DNA of 64,000 bases, taken from contig JALONR010000014.1 in assembly GCA_025454815.1 (NCBI GenBank), positions 2,473 through 66,472 on the forward strand. The letters run 5' to 3'. Source of the DNA: Bacteroidales bacterium (GTDB taxonomy: Bacteria; Bacteroidota; Bacteroidia; Bacteroidales; VadinHA17). Position numbers and translations under genes: made by a program. Of the stretch, positions 54,460 to 64,000 are shown in pieces (within the stretch, counting starts at the first letter, position 1; each line of letters opens with the position of its first letter). The notes beneath the pieces are model-generated. The model was given only the letters and a program-made list of their open reading frames with translations. It did no database searches and was not told the DNA's origin.

Positions 54460-54467
54460 TATATTTG
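54460..54467 (+). promoter_or_regulatory. Candidate -7 promoter box (TATATTTG) for pdaD
   Basis: Exact TAnnTTTG match 50 nt upstream of the ATG at 54517. It lies inside the longer track ORF (54427), which favours the shorter start. Confidence 0.4.
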
Positions 54468-54516
54468 CCTGTTCCGGCATTATGCCGGGAATAAACCTAA
54501 ACTACTGATATGCGAA

Positions 54517-55038
54517 ATGGTTAAAGTAACCCACAACAGGATTCCCAACGAGTTTTTCGTAACACAGGGTTCGGGATGCAGCGAATATGCAATCCATCCC
54601 GGGTCGTATCACATGGCATTGCATGATGCCGGCATAGCTGAATACAATATAATGAATTACTCATCGGTGCTGCCCTCCACATCGCGGCTGGTAACACTTG
54701 ACGAGGTAGATATGCCACCATACGGATCGGAACTGTGTACCATCATGGCAGTGGCCAACGGCTACTACGGCGAACACGTATCTGCGGGAATCATCTTTGC
54801 ATGGATGTATAAGGATGACACCTGCGAAGAGAAGGTAGGAGGCCTTGTATGTGAGCTGGCCGGGTACTTTGACATGGAGGCCCTCGAAGAGAGGCTCTAT
54901 ACCGTTCTCCACGACCTGCATGACAGAACATTCGCCCAGTACTACCTGGGAGAGCCAACAGTCATCAGGGAGTCTCTTACAATTGACAAGAGATACGGCA
55001 CCGCCCTTGTTGCCCTTTGCTTCGTCAACTTCCTTTAA
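54517..55038 (+). CDS. pdaD: Pyruvoyl-dependent arginine decarboxylase
   Basis: 173 aa from MVKVTHNRIPNEFFVTQGSG. The segment AGIAEYNIMNYSSVLPS aligns with the NLIRISS-IMPP self-cleavage (Ser-Ser) region of archaeal PvlArgDC, as I recall it. Confidence 0.7.
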   Translation: MVKVTHNRIPNEFFVTQGSGCSEYAIHPGSYHMALHDAGIAEYNIMNYSSVLPSTSRLVTLDEVDMPPYGSELCTIMAVANGYYGEHVSAGIIFAWMYKDDTCEEKVGGLVCELAGYFDMEALEERLYTVLHDLHDRTFAQYYLGEPTVIRESLTIDKRYGTALVALCFVNFL

Positions 55039-55101
55039 TCTTCCCGGCCTGCCCGAGAAGCAGTTTTTGCATATTTCATGACGGAATAAAACCCGGTCGC
55101 C

Positions 55102-55656
55102 ATGAGCAGACAAAACAGACTGATCAGGTTCTTTTCACCCCCGCCACAGTGGCGGCTCCCTGTCATTGTGCTCCTCGGGGCATTCACAGGACTGGCATTC
55201 TACCTCCTGAAGATATCAAATGCCACATCCTATCTCTCTGATGACCCGCGTGTATGCATAAACTGCCATATTATGACACCGCAGTTCGCAACATGGTCGC
55301 ACAGTGCCCACAGAAGCATTACAGACTGCAATGCCTGCCATGTTCCTCATGACAGCTTTATAAGGAAGTACTACTTCAAGGCCAGTGACGGTCTTCGCCA
55401 TGCAACCATTTTTACGCTGCGAAAGGAACCACAGTCGATCTATATCAGGGAACCCGGGAAACGGGTGGTACAGGAAAACTGCCTCCGTTGCCATGAGACA
55501 CTCTTCAGCGACGGTCCCGGAAGACCATGGGAAGCCATGGCCGGAAGGCGCGACGTGCATTGTCTTGACTGTCACCGCAATACGCCACATGACCGGGTTA
55601 ACAGCATCTCTTCAACCCAGTTTGCAATCACACCCACCCTAAAGGATAACCTGTAA
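55102..55656 (+). CDS. nrfH: Cytochrome c nitrite reductase small subunit NrfH (tetraheme, membrane-anchored)
   Basis: 184 aa. N-terminal TM helix and four CxxCH motifs (CINCH, CNACH, CLRCH, CLDCH). Confidence 0.9.
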   Translation: MSRQNRLIRFFSPPPQWRLPVIVLLGAFTGLAFYLLKISNATSYLSDDPRVCINCHIMTPQFATWSHSAHRSITDCNACHVPHDSFIRKYYFKASDGLRHATIFTLRKEPQSIYIREPGKRVVQENCLRCHETLFSDGPGRPWEAMAGRRDVHCLDCHRNTPHDRVNSISSTQFAITPTLKDNL

Positions 55657-55679
55657 CAACCGTATAAAAACCTGAACCT

Positions 55680-57143
55680 ATGTCAATCACGGAATTCATC
55701 TCCAAAAGGCCATGGGCAGGATGGCTCCTGTTTCTTGCCACCGCACTGGTAGTATTCCTGCTGGGTATGCTTGCCTCATCAATCGTCGAGAGGCGCTCAG
55801 AAACCCGGTATGCATACCGGCCGCCGACAGACCTGCAGCCTTTTGAATCAGACAACAGCGTCTGGGGAAAATTCTATCCAAGGGAGTATAAATCATGGCT
55901 GATGACGGCTGATACCTCATTCCGGAGCAAACATGCCGGGAGCAAACCGCTTGACTTGCTGGCAACCGACCCCGAGCTGGTAGTTCTCTGGGCAGGTTAT
56001 GCATTCGCGAAGGATTACAGGCAGGCAAGAGGACACTTCTATGCTGTCGAAGATAACCGGAACACCCTCCGTACGGGTGCACCTCTGACCCCTGACGCCG
56101 GACCCCAGCCGGCAACATGCTGGGCCTGCAAAAGTCCTGACGTACCCCGCATGATAGAAAAAATGGGTGCCGAAAGCTTCTACAAGTCAACCTGGGCATC
56201 ACTCGGACCGGAAATGACAAACACCATCGGATGTGCTGACTGTCATGATCCTGAAAATATGACACTGACCATTACGCGCCCCGCCCTGCGTGAAGCCTTC
56301 GAAAGGCAGGGTAAAAAGATTGAGGAGGCCGGACACCAGGAAATGCGCAGCCTGGTCTGTGCCCAGTGCCATGTTGAATACTACTTCAAAGGCGAGGGCA
56401 AGTATCTTACATTCCCCTGGGACAAGGGACAGTCTGCTGATGAGATGGAAGCCTATTACGACAGCTATGGGTTCGCCGACTGGACACACGCAATCAGCAA
56501 GGCTCCCATGCTCAAGGCTCAGCACCCCGACTATGAACTCTTCAAAATGGGCATTCACGCCCAGAGAGGGGTTGCCTGCGCCGACTGCCATATGCCATTC
56601 GTTGCCGAGGGTGGGGTGAAATACACCAGCCATCATGTTCAGAGTCCGCTAAACATGATATCATCAACATGCGCCACATGCCACCGCCAGAGCGAAGAGG
56701 AACTGATGAACAATGTCTATGAGCGGCAGGACAAGATTGCCAGCCTCAGGAATTACCTGGAAGAGATACTCGTCTCAGCACATTATGAGGCAAAAGCTGC
56801 ATGGGATGCGGGAGCCGATGAAACCACGATGAAACCCCTGCTTGCTCTTATCAGGCAGTCTCAATGGAGATGGGACTTCTGTGCGGCCAGCCACGGAGGA
56901 TCATTCCATGCTCCCATTGAAATGGCATCAATCCTCAGCAACGGTATCATGAAAGGGCTTGAAGCCAGGATTGGACTGGCAAAGGTCCTTGCATCAAAAG
57001 GCATAGATGAAGTGGTGATACCTGACATCAGTACCAAGGCCGGTGCACAGAAAGCAATTGGCCTTGATATGGATGCTCTCATTAAGGAGAAGGAAACATT
57101 CAAAAGGGAGAATCTTCCCGCCTGGGACAAAGGGACGGTCTGA
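55680..57143 (+). CDS. nrfA: Ammonia-forming cytochrome c nitrite reductase NrfA (pentaheme)
   Basis: 487 aa. The active-site heme motif CWACK plus four CxxCH motifs (CADCH, CAQCH, CADCH, CATCH). Confidence 0.93.
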   Translation: MSITEFISKRPWAGWLLFLATALVVFLLGMLASSIVERRSETRYAYRPPTDLQPFESDNSVWGKFYPREYKSWLMTADTSFRSKHAGSKPLDLLATDPELVVLWAGYAFAKDYRQARGHFYAVEDNRNTLRTGAPLTPDAGPQPATCWACKSPDVPRMIEKMGAESFYKSTWASLGPEMTNTIGCADCHDPENMTLTITRPALREAFERQGKKIEEAGHQEMRSLVCAQCHVEYYFKGEGKYLTFPWDKGQSADEMEAYYDSYGFADWTHAISKAPMLKAQHPDYELFKMGIHAQRGVACADCHMPFVAEGGVKYTSHHVQSPLNMISSTCATCHRQSEEELMNNVYERQDKIASLRNYLEEILVSAHYEAKAAWDAGADETTMKPLLALIRQSQWRWDFCAASHGGSFHAPIEMASILSNGIMKGLEARIGLAKVLASKGIDEVVIPDISTKAGAQKAIGLDMDALIKEKETFKRENLPAWDKGTV

Positions 57144-57181
57144 AGAAAACTGCCTTCATCATTACATAATGCTCTTGTACC

Positions 57182-59071
57182 ATGAATGACAATCGAAGGA
57201 TCCGTCGGATTTCGGTTATTGCAATCCTTTCCCTGATTACCTTCGCAATGGCTGGTTTGCCTGATGCATCCGGACAATCCCAGCTACGCGGCAGGACCAC
57301 CCGCACTTTGCAGGAATCCCCGGCAAAACACACCTTTACCCTGGGCAGCGATGATTTCCTTCTCGATGGTAAACCATTCCGGATGATCAGCGGGGAGATC
57401 CACCCGGGAAGAGTGCCGGCTGAGTACTGGAGAAACCGGATAGAGATGGCAAAGGCCATGGGTTGCAATACTATTTCTGCATACCTCTTCTGGAATCACC
57501 ATGAAACCACAGAAGGCATATATGACTTCCGGACCGGCAACAGGAATATCTCACGGTTCATTGCTATTGCTGCTGAAGAAGGAATGTGGGTCATAATAAG
57601 ACCGGGACCCTATGTTTGTGCCGAGTGGGAGTTCGGCGGTATACCTCCGTACCTGCTTCGCCATCCAGACATTAAGATACGGTGCATGGACCCGCTGTAC
57701 ATGAAAGCGGTGGAGAGATACATATCCCGGCTGGCTGATGAACTCAGGCCTTTCCTGGTGACCAGTGGCGGCCCGGTACTGATGATCCAGATTGAAAATG
57801 AGTATGGCAGCTATGGAAATGACCGGAACTACCTTTTTGAACTCAGGAGGATCTGGGAGAGATGTGGCATTGATGTTCCCTTCTTTACCGGCGACGGACC
57901 CACCACATATATGCTAGAGGCAGGAACCCTGACAGGATGCGCTGTGGGTCTTGACTCGGGTAGCTCGGAAAAGGACTTTGAACTGGCCCGCAAAATGAAT
58001 CCCGGTGTCCCCGTCTTCTCAAGCGAGACCTACCCCGGATGGCTTACCCACTGGGGCGAGGACTGGGCAAGACCTGACACATCAGCCCTGCTGCGCGAAG
58101 TGAAATACCTGATGGATAACAACAAGTCGTTCAACTTCTATGTAATACACGGAGGCACAAACTTCGGCTTCACCGCAGGTGCCAACTCGGGAGGCAGGGG
58201 CTATGAACCTGATCTGACAAGCTATGACTATGATGCGCCAATCAATGAGCAGGGAAGACCAACTCCCAAATACATGGCACTCCGGAACCTGATCGGATCA
58301 TACCTTCCTAAAAAGGTTAAACTGCCGCCTTTACCGGATCCCGTCCCTGCAACCAGTTTCCCGGAAACCGAACTGGCACCCTTTACCTCTGTCTGGGAGA
58401 ACATGCCTGAGCCTCACACAGCGGTCCAGCCAAGACCCTTTGAGGCATTCGGCCAGGATTACGGTTTCATGCTTTACCGTACACGGCTGACCGGACATAA
58501 GAGCGGCAAACTAACCGTTACCGAAATTCATGATTACGCCACTGTCTTTGTTGACGGGAGATACATCGGCACCCTTGACAGGCGACTTGGCATCAACTCC
58601 ATAGACCTTCCTCCCTCCGTCACGGAGCACCCGGTACTGGAGATATTCACCGAAGCTATGGGAAGGATAAACTTCGCCCAGCACATGATTGACCGCAAGG
58701 GGATAACTGACAGGGTGACCCTTAATGGGATGACCCTGATGAACTGGGAGATATACGGCTTTCCGATGAGTGACGGATTCGTGGAATCACTTGCTGCTTC
58801 AGATGGAGAAATGAACAAGCCCGGAGTCTTTCTCAGGGGAACATTCAATCTGGATGAGCCGGCTGACACATTCATTGACATGACCAACTTCGTCAAGGGA
58901 ATTGTATGGGTCAACGGTCATAACCTCGGCCGTTACTGGGAAATCGGGCCCCAGACAAGGCTGTACTGCCCGGCTCCGTGGCTGAATAAAGGTGCAAATG
59001 AGATCATTGTGTTTGATCTTCACAAGACCACACCCGGATCAGTCAGGGGTTTTGAAACGATGCTGCAGTGA
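57182..59071 (+). CDS. Glycoside hydrolase family 35 beta-galactosidase
   Basis: 629 aa. Signal peptide, GEIHPGRVP, NTISAYLFWNHHE, acid/base motif MIQIENEYG, and SSETYPGWLTHWG (nucleophile region). Confidence 0.88.
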   Translation: MNDNRRIRRISVIAILSLITFAMAGLPDASGQSQLRGRTTRTLQESPAKHTFTLGSDDFLLDGKPFRMISGEIHPGRVPAEYWRNRIEMAKAMGCNTISAYLFWNHHETTEGIYDFRTGNRNISRFIAIAAEEGMWVIIRPGPYVCAEWEFGGIPPYLLRHPDIKIRCMDPLYMKAVERYISRLADELRPFLVTSGGPVLMIQIENEYGSYGNDRNYLFELRRIWERCGIDVPFFTGDGPTTYMLEAGTLTGCAVGLDSGSSEKDFELARKMNPGVPVFSSETYPGWLTHWGEDWARPDTSALLREVKYLMDNNKSFNFYVIHGGTNFGFTAGANSGGRGYEPDLTSYDYDAPINEQGRPTPKYMALRNLIGSYLPKKVKLPPLPDPVPATSFPETELAPFTSVWENMPEPHTAVQPRPFEAFGQDYGFMLYRTRLTGHKSGKLTVTEIHDYATVFVDGRYIGTLDRRLGINSIDLPPSVTEHPVLEIFTEAMGRINFAQHMIDRKGITDRVTLNGMTLMNWEIYGFPMSDGFVESLAASDGEMNKPGVFLRGTFNLDEPADTFIDMTNFVKGIVWVNGHNLGRYWEIGPQTRLYCPAPWLNKGANEIIVFDLHKTTPGSVRGFETMLQ

Positions 59072-59074
59072 TTA

Positions 59075-60115
59075 TCAGCTGATACCCGTCAGCGCGGAAA
59101 GAAGGTAATAGAGGCCGGCAGCAAGAAGCATGGAAACAGGGATGGTGAGTATCCATGCATAGAGCAGGTTTATTGTCACTCCCCACCTGACCGCAGTCAC
59201 ACGCTTGGTAAGTCCTACTCCCATGATTGCACCGGTTATGGTGTGTGTTGTACTTACCGGGATTCCGAAAGCTTCTGTTCCGAAGAGCAGTATGGCCCCG
59301 GCGCCCTCGGCTGCAACACCTTCAAAGGGAGTGAGCTTGGTTATCTTTGAACCCATTGTCTTGACTATGCGCCACCCTCCTATCAGCGTGCCAAGAGCTA
59401 TGGCCGTGTAACATCCGAGCACAATCCAGTGGGGAATATCATGCACCTTGCCATTGACCATTTCAATCTGTGCCCAGTGAGGTACCTCATGTGCACCATG
59501 AAAATAAACTATCAGTGCCGCTGATATGATACCCATTACCTTCTGCGCGTCATTGCCTCCGTGTCCCAGGCTGAAAAGAGCTGAAGAGAGAAGCTGAAAG
59601 CCCTTGAATTTCTTCTCCAGCCTGAAGGGATTGCCCTTGCGGCTGATCCAGAGAAGGGCTATGGAAAGAAGATATGACATGAACATGCCAAGTAAAGGCG
59701 CCAGGAAAATGAATGCCGCAATGACGGCTATCTTGCCGGCGTGAACAACATCCCACCCCGTGAAGGCTATTGCCGCTCCGGCAAACCCTCCCACGAGAGT
59801 GTGTGATGAGCTGGATGGGATCCCCAGGTACCATGTGAGAAGGTTCCAGATGATGGCGGCCATAATCCCTGCAAGGATAACCATCAAGGTTATGGCTGAG
59901 GTGTCAACGATCTTTGCAATGGTATCAACTATATTCAGCTCAAAGACCAGGTAAGCCAGCCAGTTGAAGGAGGCAGCCCACAGTACTGCCTGGAAGGGGG
60001 TAAGCACCTTGGTTGAAACAACCGTTGCTATCGAGTTTGCCGCGTCATGAAAACCGTTGATTAGATCAAACGCAAACGCGAGAACTATTATAATGATCAG
60101 GATTGTGAAGTCCAT
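59075..60115 (-). CDS. Inorganic phosphate transporter, PiT (PHO4) family
   Basis: 346 aa polytopic protein with GFHDAANSIAT and GGNDAQKVMG, the duplicated PiT signature motifs. Confidence 0.88.
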   Translation of the reverse strand: MDFTILIIIIVLAFAFDLINGFHDAANSIATVVSTKVLTPFQAVLWAASFNWLAYLVFELNIVDTIAKIVDTSAITLMVILAGIMAAIIWNLLTWYLGIPSSSSHTLVGGFAGAAIAFTGWDVVHAGKIAVIAAFIFLAPLLGMFMSYLLSIALLWISRKGNPFRLEKKFKGFQLLSSALFSLGHGGNDAQKVMGIISAALIVYFHGAHEVPHWAQIEMVNGKVHDIPHWIVLGCYTAIALGTLIGGWRIVKTMGSKITKLTPFEGVAAEGAGAILLFGTEAFGIPVSTTHTITGAIMGVGLTKRVTAVRWGVTINLLYAWILTIPVSMLLAAGLYYLLSALTGIS

Positions 60116-60126
60116 CCGGGAAGGCT

Positions 60127-60774
60127 TTATGCAATTTTGATTATTACGGAAGAGAGGATATCTGCAACATCATCGCACCTGTCAACTGCTTTTTCAAGCG
60201 CTGCAAGGATATCCTTCTTCTTTATCAGTTCAATCGCATCCTTTTCCTCGTTGAAGAGTTTTGCCAGGTAACGGTGATTAATATCATCGGCGTGCTCTTC
60301 CAGCTCCCCTATCTTATGGCAGTTGTCCTTGTATTTTGAAAGATTAAGCACATCGCGCAGGCCGTTGAAGGCAGTGTTGATCTCAATGGAAGCCCTTCTG
60401 ATGACATCGGCCATCTCACGAAACTCAGCAGGTATCTCCTTAAGCCTGTACAGATGGGTCTGTTTGGCGGCACCGTGCATGAGATCAAGGACTGAATCAG
60501 TAGTATGAATCAGCTCAAAGATATCTTCCCTGTCAAACGGAGTAATAAAGGTACTGCTGAGTGTCTTGTAGAGGTTTTTTGCAATCTGGTCTCCTACCAG
60601 TTCGGCCTCCTTGATCTTATGCCCCAGAGCCTCCCTCTTTTCACCCGAAGGCTCATTCATGAACTCAACCAGTAACTCTGCCCCGATTATCAGGTTAGCA
60701 GAGGCATCCTTGAAAAGCGGGTAAAATTTCCCCTCCTTGGGGGCGAGGTACGAAAAGATCTTGTCAAGTTTCAT
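60127..60774 (-). CDS. DUF47/PhoU-like phosphate transport regulator
   Basis: 215 aa helical protein located directly upstream of the PiT gene, which is the conserved pairing (TIGR00153-type). Confidence 0.75.
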   Translation of the reverse strand: MKLDKIFSYLAPKEGKFYPLFKDASANLIIGAELLVEFMNEPSGEKREALGHKIKEAELVGDQIAKNLYKTLSSTFITPFDREDIFELIHTTDSVLDLMHGAAKQTHLYRLKEIPAEFREMADVIRRASIEINTAFNGLRDVLNLSKYKDNCHKIGELEEHADDINHRYLAKLFNEEKDAIELIKKKDILAALEKAVDRCDDVADILSSVIIKIA

Positions 60775-60932
60775 AAGTGAGTCATGCTAAGTTTGAACCT
60801 GCCAAAAATATACTAACCACTTCACTAAATAAAGGAGATTTGACATAATGTTCATTAAATGTTAATTATTATTCAGGGCGGGGTTTAGTTAACTTTAGTT
60901 ATATTAGCGCATCACAAAAGCTAATATATAGC

Positions 60933-62333
60933 ATGAAGCTGACATTTTACGGGGCTGCCCGGGAGGTGACAGGCAGCAAGGTTCTTGTTGAAACTGAACA
61001 CGGAAAGAATATCCTTCTTGACTGCGGACAGTTCCAGGGCAAGGGTCTTGAGACCGAGGAGCAGAACCGGGCAGTGGCCTTCTCTCCTGCCGGTATAGAC
61101 CATATTATCCTGTCACACGCCCATATTGACCACTCGGGACTGATACCCTTTCTGTCAAGGAACGGATTCACAGGATCAGTGATATGCACGAACGCCACGC
61201 GCGATCTTTGTTCCATTATGCTTGCCGATTCAGGAAAAATACAGGAGCATGATACCATCACCTTCAACAAGAAAAGGGCGAAGAAAGGGCTTCCACCCGT
61301 GGAGCCGCTCTACACACAGGCCGATGCCGTGGCTTCAATGAAATTGTTCATCAGCGTGGCCTACGACAGGAAGTTCCGGATTGACGACTATACGACTGTC
61401 AGATTCACTAACACAGGGCATATGCTCGGCAGCGGGGTGATAACCCTGGAGCTGAAGGAGAAGGATGGCATAAAGCGACTCGCATATACAAGTGATATAG
61501 GAAGGCCGTCAAACAGGATACTCAAGAGCCCTGAACCGTTCCCGCAGGCTGACTTCATTATTACAGAATCAACATATGGTGACAGGCTGCACTCCTCACT
61601 GGAGGAGTCGGATGAAGAACTGTTCCGTGTCGTTCACCATACCTGTGTGGAGAAGCGTGGGAAACTGATCATTCCGGCATTCAGTGTTGGCCGTACACAG
61701 GAGGTGGTTTATTCACTAAATAATCTCTATAATGCCGGAAGGCTGCCCAGGGTTGACATTTATGTTGACAGTCCCCTCTCAGTCAACGCAACCAATATTT
61801 TCCGCATGCATCCTGACTGCTTCAATGAAGATGTCAGGGAACTGATGCTGACTGATCCTGATCCCTTTGGGTTCAACAACCTCTTTTACAATACATCCGT
61901 CGAAGGGTCCAAAAGCCTGAATGAAATCAAGGGTCCTGTAATCATTATCTCATCATCAGGTATGATGGAAGCCGGGCGCGTCAAACACCACCTGGCAAAC
62001 AGCATCAGCAACCCCGCCAACACGGTGCTGGCTGTCGGCTATTGTGCCCCCTCAACCCTCGGAGCACGAATCCTCAGAGGGGAAAAGGAGGTCTCAATAC
62101 ACGGGAACAAGTACCCGGTGAGAGCCGATATAGAAAGAATAGAATCCTATTCGGGCCACGGCGACTACCTCGAAATGGCAGACTATCTCTCATGCCAGGA
62201 TCCGGGAAGTCTGAAAAATATTTTCCTGGTTCATGGAGAGTATGAAACACAGTTGCATTACAGGACATACCTTGAGACCAGGGGATTCGGGAACATTGAG
62301 ATACCTGGCGCAGGAATGTCATACAAAATCTGA
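60933..62333 (+). CDS. MBL-fold metallo-hydrolase of the beta-CASP RNA-metabolising type
   Basis: 466 aa with HAHIDHSG (HxHxDH), a TESTYG motif, and a C-terminal beta-CASP/RMMBL-like region (SGHGD..., VHGE). Confidence 0.82.
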   Translation: MKLTFYGAAREVTGSKVLVETEHGKNILLDCGQFQGKGLETEEQNRAVAFSPAGIDHIILSHAHIDHSGLIPFLSRNGFTGSVICTNATRDLCSIMLADSGKIQEHDTITFNKKRAKKGLPPVEPLYTQADAVASMKLFISVAYDRKFRIDDYTTVRFTNTGHMLGSGVITLELKEKDGIKRLAYTSDIGRPSNRILKSPEPFPQADFIITESTYGDRLHSSLEESDEELFRVVHHTCVEKRGKLIIPAFSVGRTQEVVYSLNNLYNAGRLPRVDIYVDSPLSVNATNIFRMHPDCFNEDVRELMLTDPDPFGFNNLFYNTSVEGSKSLNEIKGPVIIISSSGMMEAGRVKHHLANSISNPANTVLAVGYCAPSTLGARILRGEKEVSIHGNKYPVRADIERIESYSGHGDYLEMADYLSCQDPGSLKNIFLVHGEYETQLHYRTYLETRGFGNIEIPGAGMSYKI

Positions 62334-62370
62334 TATTTACAATAATCATTTGTTTGTTTAACACAAATCC

Positions 62371-62378
62371 TATTTTTG
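62371..62378 (+). promoter_or_regulatory. Candidate -7 promoter box (TATTTTTG) for nhaD
   Basis: Exact TAnnTTTG match 22 nt upstream of the ATG at 62400. TTTG words at 62349-62356 could serve as the -33 element. Confidence 0.45.
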
Positions 62379-62399
62379 CACAAAAAAAAATCCTGACGT

Positions 62400-63866
62400 A
62401 TGTTTATCATCATGGTTGTGCTGTTTCTGCTGGGTTACCTGGCTATAGCACTAGAGCATCCTATTAAGATTGAAAAGGCTGCCAGCGCCCTGTTGCTGGG
62501 ATCCATCCTCTGGGCACTCTACGCCCTCTCCAGTGAGCAGGTCCTGGCTATGGGCTTTTCCCCGTCGTGGGAAGAGCTGAAGATCATGGGACAGCAGATA
62601 CTGAACAACATTGCACCTGCAATGACATCCGACCAGTTTGCCACCTCACCCTTCCGCGAGACTGTCGAACTTGCTTCTCACAGCAATGCCTTCGTGAAGC
62701 ATGAGCTGGCACATCACCTGGTTGGTATTGCCGAAATCCTTTTCTTCCTCTTCGGTGCAATGACCATCGTGGAAGTAATTGACCAGCATCAGGGATTCAC
62801 GGTGATTACCAACAGGATAAACACGAAAAGCAAAGTAAGGCTTATCTGGATCATCGGTATCATTACCTTCTTCATGTCAGCGGTTCTTGACAACCTTACC
62901 ACCACCATCGTGATGATCGCACTTCTCCGGAAACTGATCTCAGACAAACCAACCCGCTGGTTATTTGCAAGTATGATCGTCATCGCTGCCAATGCAGGGG
63001 GGGCCTGGTCACCGATAGGTGACGTGACCACCATCATGCTCTGGATAGGCGGACAAATAACCACTGTGAACATTATTCTCAAGGTCATACTTCCGAGTCT
63101 CGTCAACATGATCGTTCCTCTTGCCATCCTTTCATTTATGGTCAAGGGTGATGTGAAACGACCCGAAAGAGCCCACGAATCTGGCGATATCACAACCCCG
63201 TTCGAAAGGACATTCATACTTATCCTCGGTGTATCCATGCTGCTTTTTGTACCCGTATTCAAAACCTTAACCCACCTGCCTCCCTACGTTGGTATGCTCT
63301 TCGGGCTTGGTGTCCTCTGGCTTGTATCAGAGATCATGCACCGTGACAAGGAGGATGAAGTACGGAAGAAACTGACCATATTCAATATAGTCAAGAAGGT
63401 TGATACCCCCACCATATTCTTCTTCCTGGGGATATTGTCTGCTGTTGCCGCACTTGAAAGTGCCGGCCATCTCAGCCTTCTCGCCGGCTGGCTCGATGAG
63501 AAGCTTCATGACATCTACCTGATCAACATTGCCATCGGTGCCATATCTGCCGTTGTTGACAATGTTCCGCTGGTTGCCGGTGCAATGGGAATGTATGAGG
63601 TGGTTACCCCTGATATGCTCCGGATGGCAGCTGATCCGGCATATGCAGGATTCTTTGTGCAGGACGGCCTGTTCTGGGAGTTCCTGGCATACTGTGCCGG
63701 GACCGGTGGAAGCATGCTCATCATCGGCTCCGCAGCAGGTGTGGCTGCAATGGGTCTCGAGAGGATTGACTTCATATGGTACATGAAGAAGATCACCTGG
63801 CTGGCACTTGTCGGATACCTGGCTGGCGCCGGCGTCTATTGGCTTCAGGCTCAGATTATTCACTGA
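62400..63866 (+). CDS. nhaD: Sodium:proton antiporter NhaD family
   Basis: 488 aa polytopic membrane protein. The length and conserved segments (SAVLDNLTTT, AANAGGAWSPIGDVTT, SAVVDNVPLV) are typical of NhaD/ArsB-superfamily antiporters. Confidence 0.75.
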   Translation: MFIIMVVLFLLGYLAIALEHPIKIEKAASALLLGSILWALYALSSEQVLAMGFSPSWEELKIMGQQILNNIAPAMTSDQFATSPFRETVELASHSNAFVKHELAHHLVGIAEILFFLFGAMTIVEVIDQHQGFTVITNRINTKSKVRLIWIIGIITFFMSAVLDNLTTTIVMIALLRKLISDKPTRWLFASMIVIAANAGGAWSPIGDVTTIMLWIGGQITTVNIILKVILPSLVNMIVPLAILSFMVKGDVKRPERAHESGDITTPFERTFILILGVSMLLFVPVFKTLTHLPPYVGMLFGLGVLWLVSEIMHRDKEDEVRKKLTIFNIVKKVDTPTIFFFLGILSAVAALESAGHLSLLAGWLDEKLHDIYLINIAIGAISAVVDNVPLVAGAMGMYEVVTPDMLRMAADPAYAGFFVQDGLFWEFLAYCAGTGGSMLIIGSAAGVAAMGLERIDFIWYMKKITWLALVGYLAGAGVYWLQAQIIH

Positions 63867-63887
63867 GGTTGAAAAAAATATTGGTGT

Positions 63888-63917
63888 AAAGGGCTTCATC
63901 GAATGGTGAAGCCCTTT
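63888..63917 (+). terminator. Rho-independent terminator candidate after nhaD
   Basis: 11-bp perfect stem aaagggcttca / tgaagcccttt with an 8-nt loop, followed by an AT-rich tail (atatttg). Confidence 0.6.
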
Positions 63918-64000
63918 ATATTTGCATCCTCTAAATCCTATTGAAGGACAAACACTCCAACCTTAATCCCATTAACATGTTTCTGATTCAGAACTTTGAG

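Overview
This 64-kb window is a chromosomal segment from a Bacteroidota genome. The phylum call rests on three SusC/SusD-type or TonB-receptor loci, a T9SS C-terminal sorting domain, and TAnnTTTG -7 promoter boxes upstream of many genes. The gene content (nrfHA, an anaerobic sulfatase maturase, a pyruvoyl arginine decarboxylase) suggests an anaerobic or facultative member.

About 95 percent of the window is coding. In order it contains:
- rpsA (partial)
- rfbA-rfbC-rfbD plus a phosphohexomutase, then yjbQ
- a MOP-type transporter and a RecD-like helicase
- two conserved hypothetical genes and rsmD
- a SusC/SusD pair with no adjacent glycoside hydrolases
- a TAT-exported molybdenum hydroxylase operon with its own maturation genes (xdhC, mocA-like)
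- tRNA-Asp
- a visibly AT-rich island of about 6.4 kb, holding a Fur-family regulator, a His/Cys-rich small membrane protein, a TonB-dependent receptor and two His-rich DUF4625-like lipoproteins, and ending in a decayed IS3 element
- a second outer-membrane uptake module (DUF1566-like lipoprotein, lipocalin-like lipoprotein, TonB receptor, TorF-like porin)
- a nucleotide-sugar dehydrogenase and a dienelactone hydrolase
- thrB-thrC followed by the anaerobic sulfatase maturase
- a CotH/LTD/T9SS secreted protein
- a complete laminarin-type beta-glucan PUL (regulator, SusC, SusD, PKD surface protein, GH3, GH16, GH30)
- pdaD, nrfHA, a GH35 beta-galactosidase, a Pit/DUF47 phosphate pair, a beta-CASP MBL hydrolase and nhaD

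I found no CRISPR array, defence system, prophage, reverse transcriptase or large non-coding region.

The most unusual content is:
1. The tRNA-Asp/IS3-bounded low-GC island with its uncharacterised putative metal-acquisition operon.
2. Five unrelated short tandem-repeat arrays (periods 30, 15, 7, 21 and 37 nt) sitting at gene 3' ends or in intergenic junctions. One is a 21-nt array that reiterates the thrB TGG-TGA terminus in frame.
3. A TonB receptor whose barrel-terminal signal is internal because the ORF runs 57 codons into the next gene.

All functional calls are from motif recognition by eye. No database search was run.
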